Made by a program: the position numbers and the translations under genes
In this document: positions 1-10,635 of the stretch, piece after piece
Layout: each line of letters opens with the position of its first letter
Position numbering within the stretch: position 1 is the stretch's first letter
Origin: Candidatus Acetatifactor stercoripullorum
Lineage (GTDB): Bacteria > Bacillota > Clostridia > Lachnospirales > Lachnospiraceae
Direction of reading: 5' to 3'
Length of the DNA stretch: 64,000 nt
NCBI GenBank assembly: GCA_019114005.1
Contig: DXGH01000010.1
Span: 6,723 to 70,722 of the forward strand
The notes under the pieces: generated by a model
The model's input: the letters and a program-made list of their open reading frames with translations, nothing else
The model's database searches: none
Told to the model about the DNA's origin: nothing

Positions 1-1
1 T

Positions 2-964
2 GGGCCTTCCGCCGATGGCCTCCGTCCTGCCGATAATGGACCATGCCGCATCTTTTATGGTTCCTGTATGGAGCGTAACATCTGCAATAATCCATTTGAG
101 CGCCCACATGCCCACATAGCCGACGCCCCAGCAGAAGCTGTATCCGATTACCTTCTGCAGTCCCTTCTTTATGGACTCTCTTTCTGCCAGCAGAAAATAT
201 GCACAGAGGGGAAATCCCAGCGTTACCACAGGGTAGGTCAGAAAGTCAAAATACGAGGTAAGGATACCGGTCAAAAGAAACAGCTCCGGATACCTTTTCC
301 CCGCTTCTATTTTACTGTGGCAAAGCAGCATGATGAGCAGCACAGCCAGTGTAATGATCCAGCATACAGACATGGTCAGCGAACACAAAACCAGCACAGG
401 CTTCATAAAGAGAAAGCCTATGAGCATGGCAGCGCCCACCCCCGGGGTTCCTCTCTTTATAGAAGCAAACAGCACGGCCCCCATAAGAAGCACCTGCAGG
501 ACAATCCCCAGCATCACAATCTGTGACCAGGAAAAAATCAGCAGGAGAGGCTTTAAGTAGATCAGATATCCATGCCAGTAACGGGAATATTCATGCAGAT
601 AGGACTGCTCCATCCCTTCCTCCGAAAGAAAGGCTTTCAGAGAAGCCTCCGGCGTCCAGACCTCCTCTTCCAAGTCTGTGTGATAAACCCACATAGCCTC
701 TTCAAATACATTTTTCCCCGGTATTCTTTCGATGGCATTCTGCACCATGATGGCGTCCGTATAGGTCTCTTTTTCACTCCAGACATATTGGGCAAAGGCG
801 TTATCCGCCACCTCTTCCGGGTCCTTTATCATGCTGTCCACGCTCACGGCCACATTCTCCCGCATGCGCTCCACGGGCAGGCAGAATGCCAGCACCAAAA
901 GCAGCGTTCCCAAAACCGCGCTCCCCAAAAGAAGCAGTGCCATACGTCCCACTTTTTTGATCAT
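2..964 (-). CDS. Multi-pass membrane protein, possibly a GT-C-type glycosyltransferase or glycan-modifying protein; partial, runs off the window start; absent from the ORF track
   Basis: Hand translation from the ATG at 964: MIKKVGRMALLLLGSAVLGTLLLVLAFCLP...YTDAIM...YSRYWHGYLIYLKP...YFDFLTYPVVTLGFP..., open for 321 codons with many hydrophobic segments. The ATG directly follows the infA stop (TAA ATG). Confidence 0.8.
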   Translation of the reverse strand, partial: MIKKVGRMALLLLGSAVLGTLLLVLAFCLPVERMRENVAVSVDSMIKDPEEVADNAFAQYVWSEKETYTDAIMVQNAIERIPGKNVFEEAMWVYHTDLEEEVWTPEASLKAFLSEEGMEQSYLHEYSRYWHGYLIYLKPLLLIFSWSQIVMLGIVLQVLLMGAVLFASIKRGTPGVGAAMLIGFLFMKPVLVLCSLTMSVCWIITLAVLLIMLLCHSKIEAGKRYPELFLLTGILTSYFDFLTYPVVTLGFPLCAYFLLAERESIKKGLQKVIGYSFCWGVGYVGMWALKWIIADVTLHTGTIKDAAWSIIGRTEAIGGRP

Positions 965-1183
965 TTATTTATCTCTCCAGATGATGCGTCCCTTGGTCAA
1001 GTCGTAGGGTGACAGCTCCAGAGTCACCTTATCCCCCGGCAGAATGCGGATAAAGTTCTGGCGCAGTTTGCCGCTGATATGAGCAAGCACGCGATGCCCG
1101 TTTTCCAGTTCCACCTGAAACATGGTGTTGGGCAGCTTTTCCACAACCGTTCCTTCAATTTCGATTACATCACTTTTAGACAT
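965..1183 (-). CDS. infA: Translation initiation factor IF-1
   Basis: [22 protein letters not shown]...GRIIWR, 72 aa, canonical position. Confidence 0.99.
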   Translation of the reverse strand: MSKSDVIEIEGTVVEKLPNTMFQVELENGHRVLAHISGKLRQNFIRILPGDKVTLELSPYDLTKGRIIWRDK

Positions 1184-1197
1184 ACATTCCCTCCATT

Positions 1198-1461
1198 TTA
1201 TTCCTTTTCTTTTTCATATTGCTTTATTGCATACTTGATTTGCTCATCAAGCATTGTTTCCCTTTTTTCCAGTCCGGCAAGCAGCTCTTCACCCACGCGC
1301 CGGTTTACAATCTGTATATGCTTTTTCCGTTTTTTCTTAGGGGCGTCTATCTTTTTCAGCCTCCCGTCGCACAGGTAAACATAGTCTTGTTCCTCTGCGA
1401 CAATCACATAAAGCTTTCCTTTGTCATGCCCCGCTTTTGAAAAGGCAAAATTACCTGTCAT
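1198..1461 (-). CDS. KOW-domain RNA-binding protein (L14e-like)
   Basis: [14 protein letters not shown]...[17 protein letters not shown]; usual map-KOW-infA position in Clostridia. Confidence 0.9.
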   Translation of the reverse strand: MTGNFAFSKAGHDKGKLYVIVAEEQDYVYLCDGRLKKIDAPKKKRKKHIQIVNRRVGEELLAGLEKRETMLDEQIKYAIKQYEKEKE

Positions 1462-1472
1462 ATTATATGCTC

Positions 1473-2225
1473 CTAATACAATGTAAGGATTTCCGGCTCG
1501 CCGTCCGTAATCAACACTGTGTTCTCATAATGTGCCGACCAGGAGCCGTCCTCCGTAACCACTGTCCAGTCATCATCAAGCCACTCCACATCCGGCCTGC
1601 CCATATTGATCATGGGTTCGATGGCCAGGGTCATGCCCGCCTGCAGCTTTATTCCCTTTCTCCTTTGGGCAAAATTCGGTATCTGAGGGTCTTCATGAAG
1701 CCGGGTTCCGATGCCATGGCCCACAAGATCCCGCACAATCCCATAGCCGTAAGGTTTTATGGACGCATCAATGGCATTTGAAATATCATATAGATGATTT
1801 CCTGCTTTTGCCATTTTTATTCCGTCGAAAAAGCTCTGTCTCGTCCGTTCAATCAAAAGCCTCGCCTCTTCACTGATTTCCCCGACGCCGAAGGTACGGG
1901 CCATATCTGAATGATATCCCTTGTAAATCAGTCCCGCATCCAGGCTTACAATATCGCCTTCCTGCAGAATATGGTCTTTTCTGGGAATGCCGTGTACCAC
2001 CTCGTCGTTCACCGACACACAGATGGAGGCCGGGTATCCGTTATAATGGAGGAAATTGGGAACACATCCATGGGCACGAATCAGCTTCTCGCCCAGCGCA
2101 TCAATCTCATAAGTGGACATTCCCGGTCTCACCGCTTCCTCCATATGATGAAATACATCTGCCAAAAGTCTGCAGGATTCCCGCATCAGCTCAATTTCCC
2201 GAGGGGACTTGATTGTAACAGCCAT
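1473..2225 (-). CDS. map: Type I methionine aminopeptidase
   Basis: VVHGIP, DAGL, GHGIG, IEPMIN and HYENT metal-site motifs. Confidence 0.98.
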   Translation of the reverse strand: MAVTIKSPREIELMRESCRLLADVFHHMEEAVRPGMSTYEIDALGEKLIRAHGCVPNFLHYNGYPASICVSVNDEVVHGIPRKDHILQEGDIVSLDAGLIYKGYHSDMARTFGVGEISEEARLLIERTRQSFFDGIKMAKAGNHLYDISNAIDASIKPYGYGIVRDLVGHGIGTRLHEDPQIPNFAQRRKGIKLQAGMTLAIEPMINMGRPDVEWLDDDWTVVTEDGSWSAHYENTVLITDGEPEILTLY

Positions 2226-2265
2226 TCTATCTTACTTCCTTTCCTACAGCGGTTCGGGTTTTGGC

Positions 2266-2907
2266 CTAACCCAAAATCGCCTCTATGGCAGCAAATACCT
2301 CTTTGCTGTCCACCGTTCCATCAACTGTCTTTAAAACACCCTTGGCCCCGTAAAAGTCGATCAGGGGCTGGGTCTGCTCATGATAAACCTGCAGACGGTT
2401 CTGCACCGTTTCCGGCTTATCGTCATCCCGCAGGATCAGCTCTTTTCCACACTTGTCGCAAATGCCTTCCTCCCTGGGCGGTATATGCTCCACATGGTAA
2501 GTGGCCCCGCAGGATACGCAGGCGCGCCTCCCCGACATTCTCTTTACGATATTCTCGTCCGGCACCTCTACATTAATGGCATAATCTATCGCATCGCCCA
2601 GTTCTTCCAGCGCTTCATCCAAAACCTGAGCCTGCGGTATGGTCCTTGGAAATCCGTCCAGAACATAGCCGTCAGCACAGTCAGGCTGCGCCACCCTGTC
2701 TAAAAGAATCTTCACCGTCAGCTCGTCGGGCACAAGAAGTCCCTGGTCCATGTATTTTTTTGCCTCTATTCCAAGCGCAGTGCCGTTTTTAATATTGGCA
2801 CGAAAAATATCTCCCGTGGAAACATGGGGAATCCCATATTTTTCTGCAATCATTTTTGCCTGGGTTCCTTTTCCGGCGCCAGGTGCTCCCAACATAATAA
2901 TCTTCAT
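2266..2907 (-). CDS. adk: Adenylate kinase (Zn-binding LID)
   Basis: GAPGAGKGT, LDGFPRT, LID with C-x2-C...C-x2-C. Confidence 0.99.
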   Translation of the reverse strand: MKIIMLGAPGAGKGTQAKMIAEKYGIPHVSTGDIFRANIKNGTALGIEAKKYMDQGLLVPDELTVKILLDRVAQPDCADGYVLDGFPRTIPQAQVLDEALEELGDAIDYAINVEVPDENIVKRMSGRRACVSCGATYHVEHIPPREEGICDKCGKELILRDDDKPETVQNRLQVYHEQTQPLIDFYGAKGVLKTVDGTVDSKEVFAAIEAILG

Positions 2908-2965
2908 ATGTCCTCCGTTCCGCCGCTTTCAGGGCGCAGCACAATCACATTAACACAACATTTAT

Positions 2966-2994
2966 ATTTTAACTTTTTTAAAAACACTTTGCAA
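2966..2994 (-). promoter_or_regulatory. Sigma-A promoter for adk-map-KOW-infA
   Basis: TTGCAA (2994-2989) - 17 nt - TAAAAT (2971-2966) on the - strand, just downstream of the secY terminator. Confidence 0.7.
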
Positions 2995-3015
2995 TATCTA
3001 ATACAGAAAAAGTAT

Positions 3016-3043
3016 CCGAATGATTTTCATCATCCGGATACTG
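3016..3043 (-). terminator. Intrinsic terminator after secY
   Basis: - strand AGTATCCGGATGA-TGAAAA-TCATTCGGATACT followed by TTTTT. Confidence 0.8.
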
Positions 3044-3086
3044 CCTCTTAGTAATACGCAACCGGCAAACCGGTGCCGCACATTCG

Positions 3087-4400
3087 TCAATCCTCCAAAA
3101 AGCCTTTGTAGTTGCGAACCAGCATCTGCGATTCGATCTGCTTCATGGTTTCCAGAATGACGCTCACGATAATAATAAGACTTGTTCCTCCAAAGGATAC
3201 GCTTGCCCCGAACACGCCGTTGAAAAAGTACGGAATGACCGAAACAATAATCAGGCCTACTGCGCCGATGATTACAATATAATTCAAAACTTTGCTGAGA
3301 TAATCGCTGGTGGGCTTGCCGGGCCTGATGCCTGGAATAAACCCTCCCTGCTTTTTCATATTATCGGCAATCATCAAAGGATTAAAGGTAATTGACGTAT
3401 AGAAATATGCGAAGAACACAATCAACACAATATATACCAGTAATCCAATGGAATAGATGGGCTGACTTGGAACACACCAATAGCTGGAGTTTAACCCCTT
3501 TAATATTTCACCCCATACGCCTGTACCCTCATATCCGATAAAGGAGCAGATAATAATGGGCATCTGCATAATGGACGATGCAAAAATAATGGGGATCACG
3601 CCAGAGGTGTTCACCTTCAACGGGATGTTGGAGGTTTGTCCGCCGACCATCTTCCGGCCCTGAACCTTCTTTGCATACTGCACGGGAATTTTGCGCACAC
3701 CGCCGTTTAGGATAATAACCAGAATTACCATGGCAATAATAATGGCAAAAATGATCACCACCGCCAAAATCGCGGTAGCCGGCGCTTTCCCATACACAAA
3801 CTGTTCAAAAAGACGCCCCAGATCCTGAGGCAGCCTGGAAATAATATTGATCACCAGGACAATGGAAATTCCGTTTCCCACGCCTTTTTCCGTAATCCGC
3901 TCACCCACCCACATCAAGAAAGCACTTCCTGCGGTAAGGGCGGCAACCGCAGTGATCACGTTAAGGGCATTATATTCCACCAGATATCCCTGCATGCCAA
4001 ATCCGATTACCATTGCAGTTGCCTGCACCAGAGCAAGCACCACCGTCACATATCTTGTGATAGCAACGATTTTTTTTCTTCCATCCTCTCCGTCGCGCTG
4101 CATTTCCTCCAGCTTAGGAATGGCAATCGTCAAAAGCTGCATAATGATGGATGAAGTAATATAAGGACTGATACTCAACGCCAAAATGGAGAAGTTCTCA
4201 AAGGAACCTCCCGTTATGGCATCAAAAAAACTGAACGCATCACCTGTACGGGCAGCAAACCATGCAGCAAAGGCCTCTCTGTCCACTCCCGGCACAGGAA
4301 GTTGTGATCCGAGCCGAATCACAACTAACATTGCCATGGTAAAAAAGATTTTCCGCCTTAATTCTTTGATCTTGAATGCGTTTTTCAGTGTTGTAAGCAT
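3087..4400 (-). CDS. secY: Preprotein translocase SecY
   Basis: 10-TM pattern; SISPYITSSII, GVGNGIS, PGIRPG, FGGTSLII. Confidence 0.99.
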   Translation of the reverse strand: MLTTLKNAFKIKELRRKIFFTMAMLVVIRLGSQLPVPGVDREAFAAWFAARTGDAFSFFDAITGGSFENFSILALSISPYITSSIIMQLLTIAIPKLEEMQRDGEDGRKKIVAITRYVTVVLALVQATAMVIGFGMQGYLVEYNALNVITAVAALTAGSAFLMWVGERITEKGVGNGISIVLVINIISRLPQDLGRLFEQFVYGKAPATAILAVVIIFAIIIAMVILVIILNGGVRKIPVQYAKKVQGRKMVGGQTSNIPLKVNTSGVIPIIFASSIMQMPIIICSFIGYEGTGVWGEILKGLNSSYWCVPSQPIYSIGLLVYIVLIVFFAYFYTSITFNPLMIADNMKKQGGFIPGIRPGKPTSDYLSKVLNYIVIIGAVGLIIVSVIPYFFNGVFGASVSFGGTSLIIIVSVILETMKQIESQMLVRNYKGFLED

Positions 4401-4837
4401 TACATCACCTCTGCTGTTCCACCAAGAGCTTCTATTTTTTCCTTTGCAGACGCGCTGAACGCATTTGCCTTCACGTTAAGCTTTTTGGTAAGTTCTCCGT
4501 TTCCGAGTATCTTTACTCCATCTCTGGGGTTTTTTACCACACCAGCCTCAATTAATGTGTTTACGTCTACAGTCGCACCTTCCTCAAAACGCTCCAGCTC
4601 CGTCACATTGATGGCTACAATGTCCTTTGCGTTTCTATTGGTGAAGCCTCTCTTGGGGATACGTCTGTATAAAGGCATCTGACCGCCTTCAAAGCCGGGT
4701 CTGGGAGCGCCGGAACGAGCCTTCTGGCCCTTGTGTCCTTTGCCTGCTGTCTTTCCATTTCCCGAACCGTGTCCGCGTCCTCTTCTAAAATCATTATGCT
4801 TGGAGCCTTCAGCGGGCCTTATATTGGATAAATCCAT
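4400..4837 (-). CDS. rplO: 50S ribosomal protein L15
   Basis: [32 protein letters not shown]; start set at MDLSNI after GGAGG. Confidence 0.98.
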   Translation of the reverse strand: MDLSNIRPAEGSKHNDFRRGRGHGSGNGKTAGKGHKGQKARSGAPRPGFEGGQMPLYRRIPKRGFTNRNAKDIVAINVTELERFEEGATVDVNTLIEAGVVKNPRDGVKILGNGELTKKLNVKANAFSASAKEKIEALGGTAEVM

Positions 4838-4856
4838 ATCTGCCACCTCCTTTTCC

Positions 4857-5048
4857 TTAAACTTCAACTTCTTCTACTTTAATCAGATGACGAACCTGAC
4901 GAATCTGTCCTCTGGTAGCTGCATTATCAGGAAGGATTATGGACTTGCCGATCTTGCGAAGGCCCATAGATTCAACGGTTGCTCTGTTCTTCGGCACAGC
5001 GCCGATTGTGGACTTTACCAAAGTGATTTTCAATTTCTTATCTGCCAT
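4857..5048 (-). CDS. rpmD: 50S ribosomal protein L30
   Basis: [11 protein letters not shown]...MGLRKIG; spc order. Confidence 0.97.
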   Translation of the reverse strand: MADKKLKITLVKSTIGAVPKNRATVESMGLRKIGKSIILPDNAATRGQIRQVRHLIKVEEVEV

Positions 5049-5065
5049 TGTCTGGTCCTCCTTCC

Positions 5066-5575
5066 TTAAGCCATAATCTCTTCCACAGATTTACCGCGGT
5101 TTCTCGCAACTTCTTCAGGGGACTTTAACTGGCTTAAGCCGCTTATGGTTGCAAGAACAACGTTCTGCTTATTGTTGGAGCCAAGAGACTTGGTACGAAT
5201 ATTTTTGATGCCTGCAAGCTCGCACACAACACGGGCAGGACCGCCTGCGATAATACCGGTACCTTCAGGTGCTCTCTTCAACAGAACGTTGGAGGAACCA
5301 TAAGTGCCGATAAAATCATGGGTAATGGAATTGTTCTCATCCAGGGCGATCTGCACAAGGTGCTTCATTGCGTCTTCTTTTCCCTTGCGGATCGCTTCCG
5401 GAATTTCTACAGCCTTGCCAAGTCCTGCTCCAACGTGTCCGTTGCCGTCGCCCACAACTACAAGAGCAGTAAAACGCATATTACGGCCACCCTTAACGGT
5501 TTTCGTTACACGCTTGATGGCAACAACCTTGTCCGTCAATTCTAACTGGCTTGCATCTATGATTGTATGTTTCAT
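5066..5575 (-). CDS. rpsE: 30S ribosomal protein S5
   Basis: [31 protein letters not shown]. Confidence 0.99.
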   Translation of the reverse strand: MKHTIIDASQLELTDKVVAIKRVTKTVKGGRNMRFTALVVVGDGNGHVGAGLGKAVEIPEAIRKGKEDAMKHLVQIALDENNSITHDFIGTYGSSNVLLKRAPEGTGIIAGGPARVVCELAGIKNIRTKSLGSNNKQNVVLATISGLSQLKSPEEVARNRGKSVEEIMA

Positions 5576-5595
5576 GGTGTATTCCTCTTCCTTTC

Positions 5596-5964
5596 CTAGA
5601 ATTCCAAGCCAGCTTCTCTGGCCGCATCAGCTAATGCTGCAATTTTTCCATGGTATAAAAAACCGCCTCTGTCAAAAACAACCTGCTTAATGCCCTTTTC
5701 CAAAGCTCTCTTTGCAATCACTGTTCCAATGTATGCTGCCGCTTCCACGTTGTTGGTCTTCTCAAGTTCTGCGCCGATCTCCTTTTCAAGAGTGGAAGCA
5801 GATACTAAGGTATTTCCCGCCGTGTCGTCGATAATTTGAGCATACATATGATTATTGCTTCGAAACACAGCAAGACGAGGCCTCTGTGCAGTGCCGCTGA
5901 AGCGGTTGCGAATTCTTTTGTGCTTTTTCACACGAACTTCCTGTCTGGACTCTTTTCTAACCAT
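5596..5964 (-). CDS. rplR: 50S ribosomal protein L18
   Basis: [20 protein letters not shown]; start could also be 5970. Confidence 0.98.
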   Translation of the reverse strand: MVRKESRQEVRVKKHKRIRNRFSGTAQRPRLAVFRSNNHMYAQIIDDTAGNTLVSASTLEKEIGAELEKTNNVEAAAYIGTVIAKRALEKGIKQVVFDRGGFLYHGKIAALADAAREAGLEF

Positions 5965-5981
5965 CTTCATACTCTCCTTAT

Positions 5982-6524
5982 CTATTTCTTACCGGTTTTA
6001 CCAACTTTGCGCCTGATGGTCTCGTCGGCATACTTGATACCCTTGCCCTTGTAAGGCTCAGGTCTTCTCTTGTCTCTGATCTCGGCTGCGAATTGGCCAA
6101 CCTTCTCTTTATCGATGCCCTTTACAGTAATCAGGTTCTGTCCCTCAACAACAGTTTCAATGCCCTCGGGATCCTCCATCTCAACCGGATGGGAATATCC
6201 CAGATTCAGGGTCAGCTTTTTGCCTGCCTTTGCCGCTCTGTAACCAACACCGTTTACTTCCAGCTTCTTTTCATAGCCCTGGGTAACGCCAACAACCATG
6301 TTGTTGATCAGGCTTCTGGTGAGGCCGTGAAGGGATTTCATTTTCTTTAAATCATTGGGTCTGCTCACCAGCACTTCAGCGCCCTCTACCTTGATTTCCA
6401 TCTCTCTGGGCAACACTCTTTCCAGCGTTCCCTTGGGACCTTTGACGGTCACTTTATTATTTTCTGCAACTTCCACAGTAACACCTGCGGGAATCGCGAT
6501 TGGCATTCTTCCTATACGTGACAT
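5982..6524 (-). CDS. rplF: 50S ribosomal protein L6
   Basis: MSRIGRMP..., [15 protein letters not shown]; start trimmed to MSRIG. Confidence 0.99.
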   Translation of the reverse strand: MSRIGRMPIAIPAGVTVEVAENNKVTVKGPKGTLERVLPREMEIKVEGAEVLVSRPNDLKKMKSLHGLTRSLINNMVVGVTQGYEKKLEVNGVGYRAAKAGKKLTLNLGYSHPVEMEDPEGIETVVEGQNLITVKGIDKEKVGQFAAEIRDKRRPEPYKGKGIKYADETIRRKVGKTGKK

Positions 6525-6602
6525 GCCCGTACCTCCTAAATTAATTGGAATGATTTTTTGCTGCCTTAAAAAATCTTTTTGCGAAGACAACTTGTTGGCT
6601 TT

Positions 6603-7004
6603 TTACCAAACAAAAGCAAGAACCTCGCCGCCTACCTGAAGCTCGCGCGCCTTTTTATCGGTTACTACGCCTTGGTTGGTAGAAATGATGGCGATGCCAA
6701 GACCGCCCAATACCCTGGGCAGCTCCTCCTTGCCGGCGTAAACCCGAAGACCCGGCTTGGAAATTCTCTTGATTCCGGAAATAATTCTCTCATTCTTATC
6801 TGCACCGTACTTTAAGGTAATGTGAATGGTCTGGAATTGTCCGTCCTGGATCATATCAAACTTCTTAATATATCCTTCCTCCAAAAGAATCTGCGCAATC
6901 GCCAGCTTCATCTTGGAAGAGGGAACATCAACTGTATCGTGTTTTGCAAGGTTTGCATTACGGATTCTCGTAAGCATATCTGCAATAGGATCACTCATTG
7001 TCAT
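6603..7004 (-). CDS. rpsH: 30S ribosomal protein S8
   Basis: [26 protein letters not shown]. Confidence 0.99.
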   Translation of the reverse strand: MTMSDPIADMLTRIRNANLAKHDTVDVPSSKMKLAIAQILLEEGYIKKFDMIQDGQFQTIHITLKYGADKNERIISGIKRISKPGLRVYAGKEELPRVLGGLGIAIISTNQGVVTDKKARELQVGGEVLAFVW

Positions 7005-7023
7005 GATTTCGTTTCCTCCTTCT

Positions 7024-7209
7024 CTACCAACTTGCTTTCTTCACACCGGGGATCTGTCCCTTATATGCCAGCTCACGGAAGCAAACTCTGCAGATTCCGT
7101 ATTTTTTCAGAACCGAATGTGGACGACCACAAATTTTGCAGCGGGTGTATGCCTGTGTGGAAAACTTGGGTTTGCGCTGCTGTTTTACTTTCATTGATGT
7201 CTTAGCCAT
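7024..7209 (-). CDS. rpsN: 30S ribosomal protein S14, zinc-binding (C+) type
   Basis: RCKICGRP...GICRVC, 61 aa. Confidence 0.98.
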   Translation of the reverse strand: MAKTSMKVKQQRKPKFSTQAYTRCKICGRPHSVLKKYGICRVCFRELAYKGQIPGVKKASW

Positions 7210-7223
7210 CAGAATTTACCTCC

Positions 7224-7766
7224 TTATGATTTCGCAAAAGGCATGTTGAACAGTCTCAGTAGCTCCCGTGCCTCTTCGTCCGTCTTTGCTGTGGTTACAA
7301 AAATAATGTCCATACCTCTGGTCTTGTCGATCTTATCGTACTCAATCTCAGGGAAAATAAACTGCTCCTTGATGCCCAGCGCATAATTTCCTCTGCCGTC
7401 AAAGGAATTGGGATTTACTCCTCTGAAGTCACGCACACGAGGGAGCGCCAGATTTACAAGACGGTCAAGAAAATCATACATCTTCTCGCCGCGCAGTGTG
7501 GTCTTACAGCCGATTGCCATGCCCTCACGGATTTTGAAGTTTGCAACGGACTTCTTTGCCTTTGTGAGAACCGCCTTCTGGCCTGAAATGATCTGCATGT
7601 CATTTACCGCATTCTCAAGAACCTTTGCATTTTCCTTCGCTTCGCCGACGCCCATATTAATTACAATCTTGTCAAGCTTGGGAACCTGCATAACATTTGT
7701 GTAGCCAAACTTTTTTGTCATTGCAGCTACGATCTCGTCATTATATAAAGTTTTCAGTCTGCTCAC
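7224..7766 (-). CDS. rplE: 50S ribosomal protein L5
   Basis: [27 protein letters not shown]. Confidence 0.99.
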   Translation of the reverse strand: MSRLKTLYNDEIVAAMTKKFGYTNVMQVPKLDKIVINMGVGEAKENAKVLENAVNDMQIISGQKAVLTKAKKSVANFKIREGMAIGCKTTLRGEKMYDFLDRLVNLALPRVRDFRGVNPNSFDGRGNYALGIKEQFIFPEIEYDKIDKTRGMDIIFVTTAKTDEEARELLRLFNMPFAKS

Positions 7767-7790
7767 CTGATATTTCCTCCTTCCTATTGA

Positions 7791-8102
7791 TTAATCGATG
7801 GTCTCGCCGGTTGCTTTTGCGAAACGTACCTTCTTGCCGTTCTCCATGCGGAAGCCTACTCTGGTGGGCTTTCCCTTTACAACAAGCATAACGTTTGAAA
7901 TATCAATAGGAGCTTCCTTCTTGACGATACCGCCGTTGGGATTTGCCTGAGAGGGCTTGGAATGCTTTGTGATCATATTCACGCCTTCCACCAGAACCTT
8001 GTGCTTTTTCGCATCTACCGCAAGCACCTTGCCCTCTGCATTATTATCTTTGCCGGCGATTACCTTAACGGTATCACCCTTTTTAATTTTCATGGTTGAC
8101 AT
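7791..8102 (-). CDS. rplX: 50S ribosomal protein L24
   Basis: [22 protein letters not shown]. Confidence 0.98.
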   Translation of the reverse strand: MSTMKIKKGDTVKVIAGKDNNAEGKVLAVDAKKHKVLVEGVNMITKHSKPSQANPNGGIVKKEAPIDISNVMLVVKGKPTRVGFRMENGKKVRFAKATGETID

Positions 8103-8113
8103 ATGGTACCTCC

Positions 8114-8482
8114 TTACAATACTTCCGGAGCCAGAGAAACAATTTTCATGAACTGCTTTTCACGAAGCTCTCTTGCCACGGGTCCAAAAATACGGGTTCC
8201 TCTGGGAGTCTTGTCATCTTTGATAATAACAGCGGCATTTTCATCGAATTTGATATAGGAGCCGTCCTTGCGGCGCGCACCCCTTACGGTACGGACAACA
8301 ACTGCCTTCACAACGTCACCCTTCTTTACAACGCCGCCTGGTGTTGCATCTTTAACGGAAGCAACAATCACGTCGCCAATCTGTGCATATCTTCTTGTAG
8401 AGCCGCCCACAACCCGAATGCAAAGCAACTCTTTTGCACCGGTATTATCAGCAACTTTCAATCTGCTCTCCTGCTGAATCAT
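8114..8482 (-). CDS. rplN: 50S ribosomal protein L14
   Basis: [29 protein letters not shown]. Confidence 0.99.
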   Translation of the reverse strand: MIQQESRLKVADNTGAKELLCIRVVGGSTRRYAQIGDVIVASVKDATPGGVVKKGDVVKAVVVRTVRGARRKDGSYIKFDENAAVIIKDDKTPRGTRIFGPVARELREKQFMKIVSLAPEVL

Positions 8483-8506
8483 GATTTCCTCCTTCGCCGT
8501 GATGGC

Positions 8507-8761
8507 TTATTTCACTTTTTCTACAATTTCCACAAGTCTCCATCTCTTGTCCTTAGACAGAGGCCTTGTCTCCATAACCTTAACGGTATCGCCGATGCTG
8601 CATTCGTTCTTCTCATCGTGCGCCTTAAGTTTGTAGGTTCTCTTCACGACCTTCTTGTAAAGAGGATGCGTCACACGCTCTTCGATTGCAACAACAATAG
8701 TTTTATCCATCTTATTACTGGTAACTTTACCAATACGTGTTTTTCTTAAATTTCTTTCCAC
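8507..8761 (-). CDS. rpsQ: 30S ribosomal protein S17
   Basis: [27 protein letters not shown]; GTG start at 8761. Confidence 0.98.
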   Translation of the reverse strand: MERNLRKTRIGKVTSNKMDKTIVVAIEERVTHPLYKKVVKRTYKLKAHDEKNECSIGDTVKVMETRPLSKDKRWRLVEIVEKVK

Positions 8762-8791
8762 AATTGATCTCCTTTCCTCGCACAAATGCAA

Positions 8792-8995
8792 TTACGCTCT
8801 TGCCTTCTCAGTGATGACAGTCTGAATACGTGCAATATTTCTTCTCACTTCTTTGATCCTTGCAGTATTGTCCAACTGATTGGTTGCGTTCTGGAATCTC
8901 AAATTGAAAAGCTCTTTTTTCGCAGCAACAAGCTCTAAAGCCAGCTCAGCCTCGGACTTATTCTTCAACTCTTCTACATATTTACTTGATTTCAT
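8792..8995 (-). CDS. rpmC: 50S ribosomal protein L29
   Basis: ELFNLRFQ...IARIQT. Confidence 0.97.
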   Translation of the reverse strand: MKSSKYVEELKNKSEAELALELVAAKKELFNLRFQNATNQLDNTARIKEVRRNIARIQTVITEKARA

Positions 8996-9423
8996 TATGA
9001 TACACCGCCTTCCAAATCCGCCTTAGAAACGATCTTGCATTTACAAGGAAGCTTATGCATAGCCAGACGCAATGCTTCACGGGCCTGCTCCTCAGCTACT
9101 CCTCCGATCTCAAACATCACACGACCGGGCTTAACAACCGCTACCCAGTATTCCAAAGAACCCTTACCGGAACCCATACGAGTTTCCGCAGGCTTTGCTG
9201 TCACAGGTTTGTCGGGGAAAATCTTGATCCATACCTTACCGGTACGCTTTGTATAACGGGTAAGTGCAATTCTGGCTGCCTCAATCTGGTTTGACTTAAT
9301 CCAGCAAGGCTCCATAGCCACCAGGCCGAATTCACCGTAGGTAATGGTATTGCCTCTTGTAGCCTTACCGCTCATCGTTCCACGGAACTGCTTACGACGT
9401 TTTACTCTTTTGGGCATTAACAT
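8995..9423 (-). CDS. rplP: 50S ribosomal protein L16
   Basis: [19 protein letters not shown]. Confidence 0.99.
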   Translation of the reverse strand: MLMPKRVKRRKQFRGTMSGKATRGNTITYGEFGLVAMEPCWIKSNQIEAARIALTRYTKRTGKVWIKIFPDKPVTAKPAETRMGSGKGSLEYWVAVVKPGRVMFEIGGVAEEQAREALRLAMHKLPCKCKIVSKADLEGGVS

Positions 9424-10082
9424 TATTTATCACTCCCTTCCGCTTGGTTTCCTTTTGTAGGAAGTATCTCGCCTTTATAAATCCAAACTTTTACGCCAAC
9501 CTTGCCATAAGTGGTATTTGCCTCTGCAAAACCATAATCAATGTCTGCTCTCAGAGTCTGAAGGGGAATGGTGCCCTCGCTGTAAAATTCTGTACGGGCC
9601 ATATCAGCGCCGCCCAGACGTCCGGCACAGCAGGTCTTAATGCCAAGCGCTCCCGCCTTCATGGTTCTGCCCATGCAGGACTTCATGGCACGTCTGAAGG
9701 AAACACGGTTTTCCAGCTGCAGTGCAATGTTCTCCGCTACCAGCTGCGCGTCCTTATCGGGTTTCTTGATCTCCTTGATGTCCACAAGAACCTTCTTGTC
9801 TGTAAGCTTGGAAAGCTCCTTCTTGGTCACCTCGATCTCAGCGCCGCCCTTGCCGATCACAACGCCGGGCTTAGCGGTGTAGATGACAACCTTTACTCTG
9901 TCGGATGCCCTTTCAATTTCGATTTTGGAAACGCCTGCGCTGTACAATTTCTTCTTCAGATATTTTCTGATGTTGTAATCTTCCACCAGATAGTCGGAAA
10001 ACTCAGCGTCTGCGTACCATTTGGAATCCCAATCTTTAATAACTCCGACTCTTAAGCCGTGAGGATTAACTTTCTGTCCCAT
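9423..10082 (-). CDS. rpsC: 30S ribosomal protein S3
   Basis: [25 protein letters not shown]. Confidence 0.99.
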   Translation of the reverse strand: MGQKVNPHGLRVGVIKDWDSKWYADAEFSDYLVEDYNIRKYLKKKLYSAGVSKIEIERASDRVKVVIYTAKPGVVIGKGGAEIEVTKKELSKLTDKKVLVDIKEIKKPDKDAQLVAENIALQLENRVSFRRAMKSCMGRTMKAGALGIKTCCAGRLGGADMARTEFYSEGTIPLQTLRADIDYGFAEANTTYGKVGVKVWIYKGEILPTKGNQAEGSDK

Positions 10083-10102
10083 TTTGTTTTAAGCTCCTTT
10101 CC

Positions 10103-10492
10103 CTACTTCTTCTCGTCCAGCACAATGGTGATGTGGCTCATTCTCTTTTCAATCCTGTAAGCTCTTCCCTGTGCCCTGGGTCTTACTCTCTTCATGGTAG
10201 GTCCCTTATTTGCATAGCACTCTGCAATATAAAGGTTCTCGGTATTCATGCCGTTATTGTTCTCTGCGTTGGCAATTGCCGACTGCAGCAGCTTCTTGAT
10301 CAGGCTGGAAGCATATCTGGGATTGTACTCCAGAATGGCAAGTGCGGTCTGCACATCCTTGCCTCTGATGGCATCTAATACGAAACAAGCTTTCTGCACG
10401 GACACTCTCGCGTAGGACAGCTTAGCTGAAGGTCTGGTGTCTTTTTTTGCGTTTCTCTCTCTCTTAATCTGGGATCTATGTCCTTTCGCCAT
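10103..10492 (-). CDS. rplV: 50S ribosomal protein L22 with basic N-terminal extension
   Basis: SAIANAENN, RPRAQGRA, SHITIV; start MAKGHRSQ after GGAGG. Confidence 0.98.
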   Translation of the reverse strand: MAKGHRSQIKRERNAKKDTRPSAKLSYARVSVQKACFVLDAIRGKDVQTALAILEYNPRYASSLIKKLLQSAIANAENNNGMNTENLYIAECYANKGPTMKRVRPRAQGRAYRIEKRMSHITIVLDEKK

Positions 10493-10517
10493 AGATATTG
10501 TCCTCCTTTCAAATAAA

Positions 10518-10607
10518 CGCATCTGCTATGGCTTCTCCCACAGTCAGACGCGGGGCTTTTCACCCCGGGAGAAGGCTTAAAAGCTTCTCCCGCAATTCCC
10601 TCCCGGG
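10518..10607 (-). ncRNA. Candidate structured cis-regulatory RNA between rpsS and rplV
   Basis: Three consecutive hairpins, with three competing GGGAG-containing strands complementary to one CUUCUCCCGGG tract (see findings). Confidence 0.5.
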
Positions 10608-10635
10608 TAATTGTACGTTTTTGTAGTATCGTTTT

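Noticed and set aside
68-1012. + strand ORFs 68-526, 330-560 and 572-1012
   Set aside because: Antisense shadows of the - strand membrane protein and infA; no motifs or RBS
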